Assembly (NCBI RefSeq): GCF_001194135.2
Contig: NC_068987.1
Coordinates: 21,630,364 to 21,694,275, forward strand
From: Octopus bimaculoides
Lineage: Eukaryota
DNA: 63,912 bases
Reading direction: 5' to 3'
Shown here piece after piece: positions 30,520-44,100 of the stretch. The notes below the pieces were generated by a model. That model worked only from the letters and a program-made list of their open reading frames with translations, searched no databases and was not told where the DNA came from. The position numbers and the translations under genes are program-made. The first letter of the stretch is position 1, and each line of letters opens with the position of its first letter.

Positions 30520-31409
30520 TTTCAATAACACCAATGAATTTGTCAGATTAAGAAATGCCATGCATTTAACTTAACATTACCAATAATAAAAGAACTGCGT
30601 AAGACATTGCAATTGTTTGGTATCACCAGTGGTGAATGTGAATGAGGACCCCAAGAGGGTAGTAATCCTGGATGCAAAAATTTCAAAACAAAAAAAAAGA
30701 AATGTAAAAAAAAGTATGCCTTTTCCTGGATGTTGAGTAACCTATAAGTATGCCATGGTTCTTATGAAAGCATATCCTTAACTAGGACCACTTCTTCCAA
30801 GCCATTATTGATATTCTACAAAGCTAAAGTGATGCTGCACTGAAGTGTTGCTCTCATTTGACGCTGATACTGCTGCCACTTTTGCCTCCGAGACTTTAGT
30901 CAGTAAAGAGTGTGTCGCTCACAAACCAGTTCCAGCTCTTGGTCCGTAAGCATGCTGGCACCTGCCGTTCAGAACAAGCTGAGCTCAAGCTAATCTCATT
31001 TCTCTTATATTTAGGCCCTGCCTAATTACTATTGCCAGTACTTCCTTCTCATGGCCACTGCTCTGGAATTTCCTCTTTGCCCATATCTTTCTAACAAGTA
31101 TAGACTGAAGAAGGTACAAGTGGAACATTGACATGAACTTTACTGGCCTCGGAGAGTATGCAAATGTTATAGACTCTGCCCCTCTCCCAAGATAAAGTAG
31201 TTGGTGAAATTACTACTCCAGCACTAATTGTTATGTAAATAAAAAAAAAAGTGGGGGGGGACGACGTTAGGAAGGGCATCCAGCCATAGAAATGTCAAAT
31301 CAGACAGGAGTCTGGTGTGCAGCTCCTCAGCAAGAACAACAGATGTTTAAAGATGACAACTTCTAAGCTACAAGCATCAATCAATTTTGAAAAATATGTA
31401 ATAGTGCTA

Positions 31410-31752
31410 TCATGGCTGTGTGGTAAGAAGTTTGCTTCCCAACCATGCAATCTTGGGTTCAGTCCACAGCACTGCACCTTAGGCAAGTATCTTCCACTAT
31501 AGCACTGGATTGACCCAAGTTTTCTAAGTGCATTTAGTATGTGGAAATTGAAAGAAGCTTGTTTGTATCTCGTACATAATTGCTTGACAGCTGGTGTTGG
31601 TTTATGTTCATGTAACTTAGTAGTTCACCAAACAGAGAATGATAGAATAAGTACCAGGCTTAAAAATGAGTATTGGATGTCGATTTGTTCAGCTAAATTT
31701 GTCATGGCAGTACCACAGCATGGTCAAAATTCAAAGACTGAAACATATAAAT
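31410..31752 (+). mobile_element. Family A SINE with long 3' part
   Basis: Head gctgtgtggtaagaagtttgcttccc and tail gatagaataagtaccaggcttaaaa...cagcatgg...gactgaaac. Confidence 0.75.
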
Positions 31753-34700
31753 GAAGAATTCAAGGAGATTAATAAAATTACTCCTTTTTGACACTTTCTT
31801 TACCATATTTTTGTTGAAATATAATGCCTTACAATTAATTTTTGGAAAGTGAACTTAAAACAATTTTCCAATTTAGGTGGTGTTACACCATAATTGAAAA
31901 AAAAAAAAAAAAAAAAAAAAAATGGTATTATACAACTGAGAATGGTCTTGGCTGAGTTAGTAATAAAAAGATTAATCTGTTACTGAAAAATTCTTTAAAT
32001 AGCTTTAATTTAAATGCAAATATTTTCAAAAAATAAAAACAGAAAATAGGGCTTTTGTATCAGAACTGGAAGCTCTTAAAGGAGTTCAGAAATGCAGGTT
32101 ACATTAAAAACGTGTATTAAAATCACTAAAAACTTAACTTTGTCATGACCACATTCCAAAATAAATATGTATTTGCCTATGGCTTTTCCAGTCAAGAACT
32201 TTAATGAATTTTTTTTAAATAATACTTTCTATTAAACTGATGTTGGATTCAGCCCTTCAAATATGCTTACAAGAATGGTTTAGTAAAAACTTGGTTTTAA
32301 AATAAAGCTGATACCAAGAAGATTAAACTGCCTGGATCCAGCCCACTTTGGAGGGTTGGTCTCAATACTATAATGTAAAAGTGCCAACATGGAAGAGTTT
32401 ATTGAATCTCAAGTGTATATCGCCATGCCCTTGAACAAAAATTTCATACTTTGCTCAGTGGATAAGATTCAGAATTAAAAAAGACAAAAAAATCCTTGTA
32501 GATACATGGTCCATTTCTTTCCGGTCATTACAGTCCTTGTACTATTGTAAATTATATAGCAGCTTTAAAGGTAATAGAACTAATCCGTAACAAATATTTC
32601 AGAGACATTAGGCATCCAGTTAATTATCACTAATCAAAAGATTTCTTTTTTAAATCAAAAGTATTTTTAAATGCCTCAAACATTTTGTGACACGTAATGA
32701 CTGGTCCATTCATCTAAACTTCATTTTATACATGATAATGAGCTAGGATAACTCATGTGATTTAGGGTATTTCTAAAACTTAATTATGTATATATAAACT
32801 GATTCATTTCTGAAAGTGAGTGGACATGTTGAGTGCAGTTTTGTATAATCATCCTGCAGAGAAAGGACAGGCTCTAAATTTCAGTTACTTCCTTGCCACT
32901 GCTTAGATTTATACAAATTAACACTAGCAATGAATAAACATACAGGGGAAGGCAGGAATAAGGAAAAAAGCAGAGTGTGTGAAATCAATTTCCGACTATT
33001 ATTTCTTTTAGAAAATTATATTATAGCATTTAACTACGAAAGAGAAGAAAAACGAAAAGTTGAAGTTAGCATTAGTGGGGCTTTCAAATTTAGAAAGATT
33101 TTAATGCATGGTAGCACATTAAACACAGAAACATGTATACAAAGAGAAAATAATAAATCAGCTTTAATTTGGATATGGTTTTTAAAGAATTTTTATACCT
33201 TAATCAGAGGAAGGGCAAACTCCACACTGAAACCCAGTGGAAACGGATGCAAAAATCCAGATCCCTTGGTTTTCAAAAGACCACAGACTCAATGAAAATT
33301 ACCTAAGGATCAAATCATTTGGTTTTTAAAAAATTTTTAGAAATTAATACAAATTAGCCAGTTATGTATTTTTAAAATTTATTTACAAATAGCTTATATA
33401 AATTTTAGATAGCGATACCACCATTTACTTCATTTGAAAAATGGTGTGATTTCGGTGGAGTCCAGAAATTAAGGCATAATAGAAAGGCAGAGCTAATCTG
33501 AAAACTCAAGAAAGTGGACAAATATAAAAACACAAGGCAGGTATTCGCACACATTCTCACGAGGATTTTCTTCCTTTGTTACATCTTAAACCAGAGGTAA
33601 GAGTAAAGACAAACTACTCGGTTATGTACTTCTGACTACTCTACCAGCAAACTCCTGGGAGTAGGAATCCCATACACGACACAGGATTATGATGTGTTAG
33701 TGTCACGATACAAATCGACAGCTTTCACTGCAGGGGCTGACACTTCAGTGACTTTGCCATGAAAGGACTGCAATTTTCTAGATAACACTACACCCACCTG
33801 GCAAAAACCCCAACTTCTGATCCAAATCTACCTTAATAAAAAAATTAAAAAATCCATTGTCTTAATTATACCCTACAAAAAAAAAACAAAAAAAAATCAG
33901 TTAATGCTAAACAGGAAAGTACAACCACAGGACTGGTGCATAGGTCAATTTGAACCTCCAAGTTAAGCTGCACTAAAGCAGCTTCTCTAATTTTTTTTAT
34001 TTAATTGCCACTAGCTATCTTCTTCACTTCCTACTCTACAGAGATTTACGCAAACTCAGAATTCTCCAAAGTGCTGCCCAATTCTTACCAACATTTTAGT
34101 AAATTAGCTCGTTTAAAAAAGTAAAAACAAAAATAAGAAAGAAAACCCTCACATGGAAGATCAGAATGAGAGATGAGAGCAAGAAATTTTGGGAAAAAGA
34201 AAATTATACAATATGAGTACATACAAAGTGACAATTACAGGTTTTATAACAAAAAAGCTGCCTCCCAAGAGCTGTACCAGAAGATCCAAGAGGGTTTGGA
34301 TCTCATTTAACAACAAAGACCAAGTGAGTCGAGTAACCACAGGCCACCATCATTACTACACATAAACTATATATATATATATTCAACTTAGACACCCAGA
34401 ACAAAAGATATTTAAAACACACCTAATATACATGATAGACTTCTTTTTGTAAATTATTAACACTATTAAAACATGCTTACATATATTAAATATACATACA
34501 TCCAAATGGCTATACTATACACATTTAAGAACTATATACAGATAATAACCTAGAGCTTGTGTATATACATTTACATTATGTTCATGACATTATGCAATAT
34601 CATACACACACACACACAGTCACATATACACACTCCTGCACTTATCATACACCCTCGCACATCACAAACACACATACAAACCACATATTACTACACAATG

Positions 34701-35104
34701 AATATTAAAAGTCATCTTTTTCTGTGTTCATACATGATTTACCCTTCATAGAAAATATGTACAAGTTTTGAAAACTTCTTTTAATTTGAAATGAAGGGGA
34801 GGAATTTAAAAAAAAAAAAAGGCTTTCTCGTTTCTGCATTAAAATAGACTAAAAATTCAGATTTCTTCAGTAGACAGAAGAGAAGACTAACTGGCATGGT
34901 CTACCTTGGTCTTACAAGTTCACATTTTACACTTTGATATCAAATCACTTTCGCATCGTATGCAAGAATATATATTCTTGGGAACAGAAGAAACTATATT
35001 CAGTCTTGTTTCTTCATACTTTTTCTACAAATTCAAAAAGAAATGAAACTGATGTGGAGAGTAGAAAAAATTACTTTTCTCTTTTCTTTTCTAATTTTTT
35101 TTTC

Positions 35105-35162
35105 TTAAGAGACCTTGAAATTTTTTATCTGTAATGGAGGAATTGTTGCCACCTTCAAGAAC
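35105..35162 (-). CDS. CCNA: Cyclin A last coding exon (K)[18 protein letters not shown]
   Basis: Strong acceptor ttattctgtttttctag, phase 2 matches exon 8, fits the C-terminal K-[FY]xxV[AS]xxxPP pattern, TAA at 35107-35105. Confidence 0.85.
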
Positions 35163-38100
35163 CTAGAAAAACAGAATAACAAAACCCATAGAAGTGCATT
35201 GCAAATGACAAGGATACAAGTATTAAGATCACCAAAATCAAATAAAAATATAAAATAAACTTTACTATAAGCACAAGGCCTGAAATTTGTGGGGGGGGGG
35301 ACAAGTCAATTACATCAACCCCAGTGCGAAACAGGTACTTAAAGCCACAAAGCATTTTGTCCAGCATACTTGTGATTCTGCTCGCTCACTGCTCTCAATA
35401 ATAAGGATTTTAATTTTGGCATAAAGCTATCAATTTTGAGGTGAGAGGACAAATTGATTATATTGACCCCAGTGCTCAACTGGTACTTATTTTATCAACC
35501 CCCGAAAAAGTGAAAGGTAAAGTCAACTTCAGCAGAATTTGAATTCAGTGAGTCAGAAGAAATGCTAAGAATCCTCTCTGATGCATTAACAATTCTGCCT
35601 GCCCACCACCACCACCACCTTAATAATAACCTGAGACACACATGCACACAACTGTAGAAGTGCACAATAAAAGTGCTATGGTTGTGTGAAAAGTACATCA
35701 GTAAGATGCATCTGCAAGTAGTGTATGTAATTTAGCTGCTGGTCACTTCTGACTGGGCCGACTATATAAAGCGTGGGAATTAAGCAAACTTTTGATCAGT
35801 GTGACCATCACAAAGGATAGTTTACATCCAAAACTATGCTAAACACTTCTCTAAGATGCAGAAACCTGCCAAGTAAGTACTTTCATTATTATTTAATGTC
35901 CACTTTCCCAAACTTACATAGAATTTGTTGGAATAGATTTCATACAACTGGATTGCCCTTTCTGTTGCCAACCCTCATGCATTTTCGAGGAAGGTAATAT
36001 TTCTCAGAGTCAGATATGTTTCTCACAGAAGACTGGAATTGAACAACATGTGTACGATGGTGATACTTGTTAACAACCTTCAAGTGATATCTAGACAAGA
36101 GTACACACAATGAGATTATTTCCATTTTCATCTACCAAATCCATTTACAAGATTATGATTGGCTGGGGACTATAGAACACATTTGTCCAAGGTGTCACAC
36201 AATAGGGCTGAATCCAAGACCACATTGTTGGGAAGCAAGCCTCTCACCCACACAGTCAGACCTGCGTCCACTTCATTAGTGTTTACTTAAACTTAGCATT
36301 ATTCTGACACACAGAATTTGAGGCAGATTTTCCATCGTTGGATGCATTCCTAATACCCTTATCTATTCCTAAGCAATACTGCCCCATGGCCAGACATGTT
36401 TTATGGAAGACTGAAAACAATGTGTGACAGTGATACTCATTTACAACCATTATGTAAAGTCAAGACGAGCACACACACACACACACACAATGAGGATGTG
36501 TTTCTTCCAGTTTCTGCCTGCCAAATTCAGTCACAAGGATTTGGTTGATGCAGGGATATCACAGACACTTGACCAAGGTGCCATGCAATAGCACTGAACC
36601 CAAGATTATGTAGTTGGGAAGCAAGATTTTCAATCACATGACCACACCTGTACCTCATTTTCCTTCATTCTGATCCAATCTATGCATGATCAAAATCACA
36701 GAAACTTAGAATAAAATAAGCATGAAGATGTGGAGCACATAATACAACATGGAATGGTATAGTTAATGCTTATCAAAATGAAATTGTGAAAGAAAGCATG
36801 AGATGCTACAATACTTACTTGTCGGAACTGTATTTTAAATAAATTGCCTGTTGTGCATGCTTGCTTGCAGATTTGTGAGTTACATACAACAGTTTCACAC
36901 ACGATTGGAAGTCTGACACAGAATACCCAGTTAGCTGCTCAAGTTCACCAACCTAGAACCATGAGGAAGAGAGAGTGATAAGTATGAGAGAGAAGTGGGG
37001 AAGGGTAGCAAGCTTAAAAAGTATTAGAATAGGAGTAAACAAGAGCTTCGATATGAGAGCTCAACATGCAAGAAATTATATTTCTGATTCAGGTAGAAGC
37101 CCAGTAATTTCGAGTGGGCTGGGTTTATAGCAAATACCATCAACCTTCAAAAGGTCAAACTGCAAAGTTGACCCTGATGGGATTTGAACCTAAAGAGCTG
37201 AAAGAAATACACCAAAGCAGTTTTCCTATGCTGTAACAATTCTGCCAGCGAGCTTACATGATTATTATTTAATGTCATGGTCCTATGCCTGCATGGGTTG
37301 GACAATTTGACAGGCTCTGAAAAATACACTGAGCTCCAATGTCTGCTTTGGCATGGTTTCCGTGGCTGGATGCCTTTCCTGCTTCCAACCACTTCAGAGT
37401 GTACTGGGTTCCTTTTGCATCCATGCAGCCTACAAGGCCAAGATCCCTTTGACAGACTAGGGCTGGTGAATTTAAGTGTGAAAGCAGAGGCCAGAACAGA
37501 ATCAGTTTCTTTCTTGTTGTAGAGGAGCCACATGGTTACCCACATTATAGAACACGGCAGGCGGAAGTGGCTGAGCATTCAAGTCACATGGTTAAAAACA
37601 AAAAAGGATATTTAGATAGTGTTGGTCATTGGTCACAGCCTCTTTATCTGTGGCTAAATTATACTGGGATGGTTAGGGGGCTGTCCAATAGAATAGAGAT
37701 GTTAATGTCAGTGCATTGAGGCCCATTTCGATATTTTCTCACAACACAGGAGACAGCCCATGATACTTGAACTCAGAAAGAGAAGAATCAGAAGAAATGG
37801 AAGTTACCTAAATGCCCTAACAGCTATGGTAATCCACAAACCTGTGTTGAGAATCCATTACCCACTGAAAGGCAAGGCTGACACTGACCCTGGCAGGATT
37901 TGAACTGAACAGTCATCATCATCCTCATCACTGTCGTTTAACATCCGCTTTACATGGTGGCATGGGTTGGATGATTTAACTGAGGGCTGGCAAGTTAGAA
38001 GGCTGCACCAGGCTCTAATCTGACCGGGAAAAGTTTCTACAGCTGGATGCCCTTCCTAACGCCAACCACTCCGAGAGTGTAGTGGGTGCTTTTTACGTGC

Positions 38101-41100
38101 TACAGGCACGAGGGCCAGTCAGGCGGTACTGGCATCAACCACGCTTGAAACGGTGCTTTTTACATGTCACTGGCACGGGTGTCAATCAGGCGGTATTGAC
38201 ATCGGCCACGACAGGTCTTCGCACGTGCAGTTTATTGACCAATGATTGAAGGGTACCGGGCCGGTTATGCGACACTGGCATAGGCCACGGTTACGGTCTC
38301 GCTTGGCTTGCTCTGAACAGTGATAACCAGAATTAATCTCAAATCATTCTATCCACCAATGACTGCCAATTAGTCACCTACTTCTCATACATATGCTTAT
38401 CTGCAATTAACATTTTTTCAGCTGCTCCTGATCCCCCCACCACCACTCCTTAACTCTCAAGTGTAAAAATAGAACATTATCAATGCCTAGAATTTAACAA
38501 TTACTTCTCACAGGAAGAATCCGTCCCACACTGTACCCACAGACATTTCTTAGAGCTGGTCTCACTGGAAGGCGCCTCCCCACACACAGACACAGCAGAG
38601 AACCTCATCTCCTTTGAACCATTTGTGAATAAATCATTAAAGACAACTCCATAAATGAGAATGAACAGTGCTAACATATCTGTTAGGGAGGGCAATTAAG
38701 CCCTAATGCAGTTCATAGTGTCAAGTAGTTAGAGACAAAAAGGCACCCAGCAGTACAAAAAAAANNNNNNNNNNNNNNNNNNNNNNNNNNNNNNNNNNNN
38801 NNNNNNNNNNNNNNNNNNNNNNNNNNNNNNNNNNNNNNNNNNNNNNNNNNNNNNNNNNNNNNNNNNNNNNNNNNNNNNNNNNNNNNNNNNNNNNNNNNNN
38901 NNNNNNNNNNNNNNNNNNNNNNNNNNNNNNNNNNNNNNNNNNNNNNNNNNNNNNNNNNNNNNNNNNNNNNNNNNNNNNNNNNNNNNNNNNNNNNNNNNNN
39001 NNNNNNNNNNNNNNNNNNNNNNNNNNNNNNNNNNNNNNNNNNNNNNNNNNNNNNNNNNNNNNNNNNNNNNNNNNNNNNNNNNNNNNGTTTGACGAAAGAA
39101 ACTGACAAATAGTCCTCACAGAAAAGAGTAAGTTCTGGGGTTGATTTTTTTTACTAAAAAACTGACCGAAACAAGTAAAAAAAAGATTGCTATAACCACC
39201 CAACCCACAAAATTTGGTGGTTTCCTGTATTGTATTTCCATGCTTGTGTAAGTTAAATTTTATTGAGGTGAATTTTCTACAGTTGAAGGCCCTTTTGTTG
39301 GCAACTCCCACCTGTTTCCAGTTAAGCTAATATTTCCCCATGACCAGATATTTTCACAGAATATTAGAAATGAATAACACTGCTTGTATATGACTGACAC
39401 ACATTTACAACTACCAGATGGTGTCAAAACAAGGAGACAAACATTCTCTCTCTCACACTTTCAGTCTACCAAATCCACTTACAAGGCTTTTGTCAGTTTG
39501 GGGCTACAATAGAAAACCCATGCAGTGGGACTGAACCCAAAACTATATGGGTGGGAAGCAAACTTAACCACACAGCCACATCTGCACTTATGTGGTTGTG
39601 TGCTTAATTGTCAATGATGAAATAAATATATAAATAACCTACCCAAGATACTTCACAGCCCAAAGTTTTGGCAGCGAGGAAGAAAGCAGCAGCAGCAATG
39701 ATGCTAGGTTTATACTGGAGGTAAGGATCAGCATCCAGCAAGGTCAACTCAAGAAGAAACTGGAAAGTAGTGGGGCAAAAAAAAATTTAATTGAACAGAA
39801 AATGTATATTATATTATATTAAAATTTTCATCTTAAGGTACTATTTTCCTTTTGAAAATTAGTATTTATTTTGTAATAAGCACCAAAAAATTTGATAAAA
39901 GTTCAAATCAATTATTTTATGTAACCTTTTTTTCTTTATAATTCCCTTAGTGGCAAAAGTATACTTCCAAAATTACCCATCATACAAGTAGTTACTATAT
40001 TTTCCAGCATACAAGTCAAATGTTTCAGACCAAAATTTACAGCCAGAAAAGGTAGATTGACTTATACTTGAAGACAACTTCGGAGGATTAAAAATTCAAT
40101 AATGTGAAATGCAAGATTTGGAAAGATATTGACGATGTTTCAATGTTTACACCATATAAGACATCAACTTGTATGACGGAAAATGCAGTAAATAAAGAGC
40201 TGATAGAATCAAAGATATCTGAATAAGGAAATCTAAAAGGAAAACTTCAGACAAAAATGTGAGGAAATAAAAAAAAAAAAAACTGATGTATCACTGTTAA
40301 AAAGTTATTTAACCAACTTACTCTAGCCAAATACTGAAACTGTTTCTTGTCCAGTGTAGCTTCATGAAAATAGTGGTCCAAGAATGTTGTGGCAGTAGGA
40401 ACAGCAACAGTGAATGACAAAACCTTCAAAATCAGTTGCTCCATTTTCAAAACCTGTTGAGGAAACAAAGATTCATAAATGCTGTTACTTTAGTGGCAAT
40501 TCTAAATCTTTGAGACTGTAGCACTTGAAATACATTACTAATCTTCTATTTCAGTGGTATGTTTTAATTTAGATCACTTTAAAACAGAAAGATTGTATTG
40601 TAGAACCAAAAGTGTTCCCAGCAGCATGGTATCAAAAGGATTAAGTGACAATCCTTCTTCATCATCACTCATCCTTTTCTCACTACCACTACACTCACCG
40701 AGCACTCTTCACGTTTTTGCAGAACTTCCTTACCAACAAAGTTAAGGAAACTTTCACCATTTTTATTTTTCACTTCCATTAGAGCCTTCTATCCCTTTTT
40801 CACTTAGTCTCACTTTCGTCATGCAAGGAAAATGAGACCCCTTGGTACTGATGAATGGAGACAACACATGGCAGAGAGGGATCTTTAAGTCTTGTGAGGA
40901 CAAGAAATGCTCATATGCTGATGTCATAAAATAGTGGTGATGAGCTGTCTGAGTGTACCCTCAAAGTACAAGGTGAATAGGAGTGTAGGTAGGTAGAGGT
41001 TGTAAGAGTGAGAGAAAGAGAGAGAATATAATTAAGAACAAGTGTAGAGGGATATGTAGGTGACAACTGGAGAAAATGGATACGGTTGAGGGGTAGATGT

Positions 41101-44100
41101 AGTGAATGAGGAATAAGGAGTAAGGTTATCAATGATGCACAAGTCTAAGGGAAGTAGGGGAGAATAGGAGAGGATTGACAGTGCAGAAAAGTTGGCATAA
41201 AATATCACATATTGAAAAGAATAAATACAAATTAATATGAACTTTGAGTTGGTAAGTTGGTACAAAGCTCACTTACACACATATATACCCAGTAATAGTG
41301 AAGAAAAAAAAACAAAAACTACATATTGTTACATGGATTTTCTCACCAAAGCTTCCAATAAAACATTCAGTAAAGCAGAGTTTCTACACAAAAAATTTTG
41401 AAGCACTGAATTGAAGGTGGGTCTGAAAGTCTCAGATGGCTTGTCCTCAATACTAGTTACAACATTTGTCAAAACACTGTCTTTCAAATTAAGTTTGAAA
41501 ATGACGAATTTAGTGAATTTAAAATAGCATAAGGAACACATGAAATTTTGTTAGGTTTTAATTTAGACCTCTTTAAAACTAAGTTTATATCAGAACGAAG
41601 GCTGATCCCAGATGGGTTCATATCAGAAGGTAACTTTAGTCACAAATCATAAATCATTGATCAACACTATTCAGTTAATTAAAAAACCCTCAAAGCAGCA
41701 AACTGACAATCGTTAGCATGTTGGATAAAATGCTCAGCAGCATTTATTCCTCCTTTTTACATTGTGTTAAAATCCTGTTGAGGTAAACTTTAGCATTCAT
41801 CTCTTGCAAGGTCGATAAAGAACCAGTCAATCATTGGGGTTGATGTACAATCAACTTTCCATACTAAAAATTGTTGGACCTGCATCAAAATTTTAAACAA
41901 AAAAAATACCTCGTTGCAACCAACACAATCCTCTAAATCTAAGGAAGAATTTATTTCAAGAATGTTTGCTCACTAACTGAACTACCTTAGTAGCCTAACT
42001 GAACACTTGAAATTAAACTAACATCAGACTGTAGCAAATGCAACCTACTTGTCATTTAATTAGACCTCCATATTGACATAAACTGAAGGTGATAGGAATG
42101 GAGTCAACAGAGTTTCATAGTTGACATTAAGGATCACTAGTTTCTTTAGTCTATTCAGGAGAACCAGCCATCTCCTGAAATAGTTTTTCAATACCTATTA
42201 AAACTACCTCAAATTCATTTTAAAACCGAAAATCTCACAGCATCATTTAGATGTTACTAATACTGTAATAGTAGTAAGATAGAAAAGAATTTGAGAGGAA
42301 TTTAAGGAATTTCCAGTTCAAATATTACCGAGTCAATTCTGAAGATGCTGAGTTTAAACAGAATCCAGTGAGATAACCACAAAAACTAAGTACAAATGTT
42401 ATCTTTCAGAAGGCAGAGATTAAATATCTTCAACAAGATATACAGCTTAAAAAAAAAATTAAAAAAAAAAAAAAAAAGCTATGCAATATTTACTTAATGA
42501 ATTATTCAGCAGTAAATATTTGCAAAATCTAGCTCTTACCTGATTACGAGTGTAAGTGTCATCTGTGATATAAACAAATTCTCCAAGATCTGGTGCTTCA
42601 ATTTCTTCAAATTTCCTAAATGTGAATCCAAAATAATAGTTCTGCATCACTGACAAAACTTATGTACTTTGTCCAATAAGAGGTTATTAGCTAAGACATG
42701 AACATAATGTTTGTCTACAAAAATATGGCTATAAAAGAGTTAAAGCAAGAAGTTTGTACTCTAGTACCAGGGTTGGTCTTGAGTGGGTTTACTTTTAAAA
42801 TGGTTGAAACATTTCCCTGAGGAGACAACTTGTATATGATTGCTCAAGTTACGAAAAATTCTAACTAAAACCTTACTCAAATCACAACCTATTGTATCAT
42901 GTATCACAAATAAAAGAGACTTGACAATGTAGTGCAAGATATAGACAAGACTGGTATGACTGGAATATCCTTGACCCCAAGCCTGCATCTGGGGTCAAAG
43001 GGAATGATTTTTACATTTAATGCCCACTTTTCCATGCCTGTAAGTGTCAGACGGAATTTGTTGAAGCAGATTTTCTACAGTCAGATGCCCTTCTTGTCGC
43101 CAACCCTCTCCTGACTCCAAGTAATATTGCTTCATAGCCAGACATCATTTCCATGGAAAACTTGAAACGATCATTGCTTGTATGATCGATGCTTGTTTAC
43201 AGCCATTACACAAGATAGGGCTTCTTTCAGTTTCTGTCTACCAACTCCACCAGCCCAAAGTGCCAAACAAGGGGATAGTACCAGAGACCACATGGTCAGG
43301 AAGCAAGCACACAGCCGAACCTACATCTATAACCAGGCAATTCAGATTACTGTGATCCTATGAAAAATTCTAAGGAAGGTGGAAAAAGCGTCACCGTCAT
43401 GAAGATACTATAATGTTAAGCTGTTCTTGAATAGAAATGGTAGAACTTACGATGCAATGAACATACATGCAGTCCCCAACAACTGTAGTTTTCCTCGATT
43501 GACAGCCATCACAGAGAGAAATCGGTCAATATAATTCACAGCCAGAAATAATGTATCTGAGAGCAATTTGTATTCTTCAGTCACTTCAACCAACCAGTCC
43601 ACAAGAATGCTACGCATACTGTGAGTAATATCTGTCTGTTTATTCATATATGTTGGTCTGGGACGGTTTTTCTCCTGTAAAAATAATATCACATTGAAAG
43701 AATAAGCAATTTTTACAACTGACCTAAGATTTTACTATACAGTAAAAGATTAAAGACATCAGTAAAATGAACTGCAGACACATTGGGCAGGCAAAAAGGG
43801 TTAATGTTACTGTCTTTTACAGGTGCCAGTCCCTACCCCACCAACTTGAACACTAAGCACTAATAGATTACCTCTTCTCAACAACACAATCACTTTTGGA
43901 TGAACTTCACTTGGAATGGGAAATGGTTGACAAAATTCCAACCAACTTATATATCACGGCATACTACCAATCTTAAATGAGCTCTAGTTGTTTATATCCC
44001 TCAATTCCTTCAGCATGTGTTTATCACTCTTCCTAAGCACCATAACCAACAAGTCACATCGCTCTCTCATCCCTATCCTGTCTACCGAATCAATACTATT

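Noticed and set aside
32930-33295. 121-aa plus-strand ORF
   Set aside because: AT-rich, no domain, TTG/ATG-type chance frame antisense to the likely cyclin A 3' UTR.
33687-33767. Alternative cyclin A last exon (SFHGKVTEVSAP...)
   Set aside because: Phase does not match exon 8 at the ttgcag acceptor and the pyrimidine tract is poor. 35162-35105 fits better.
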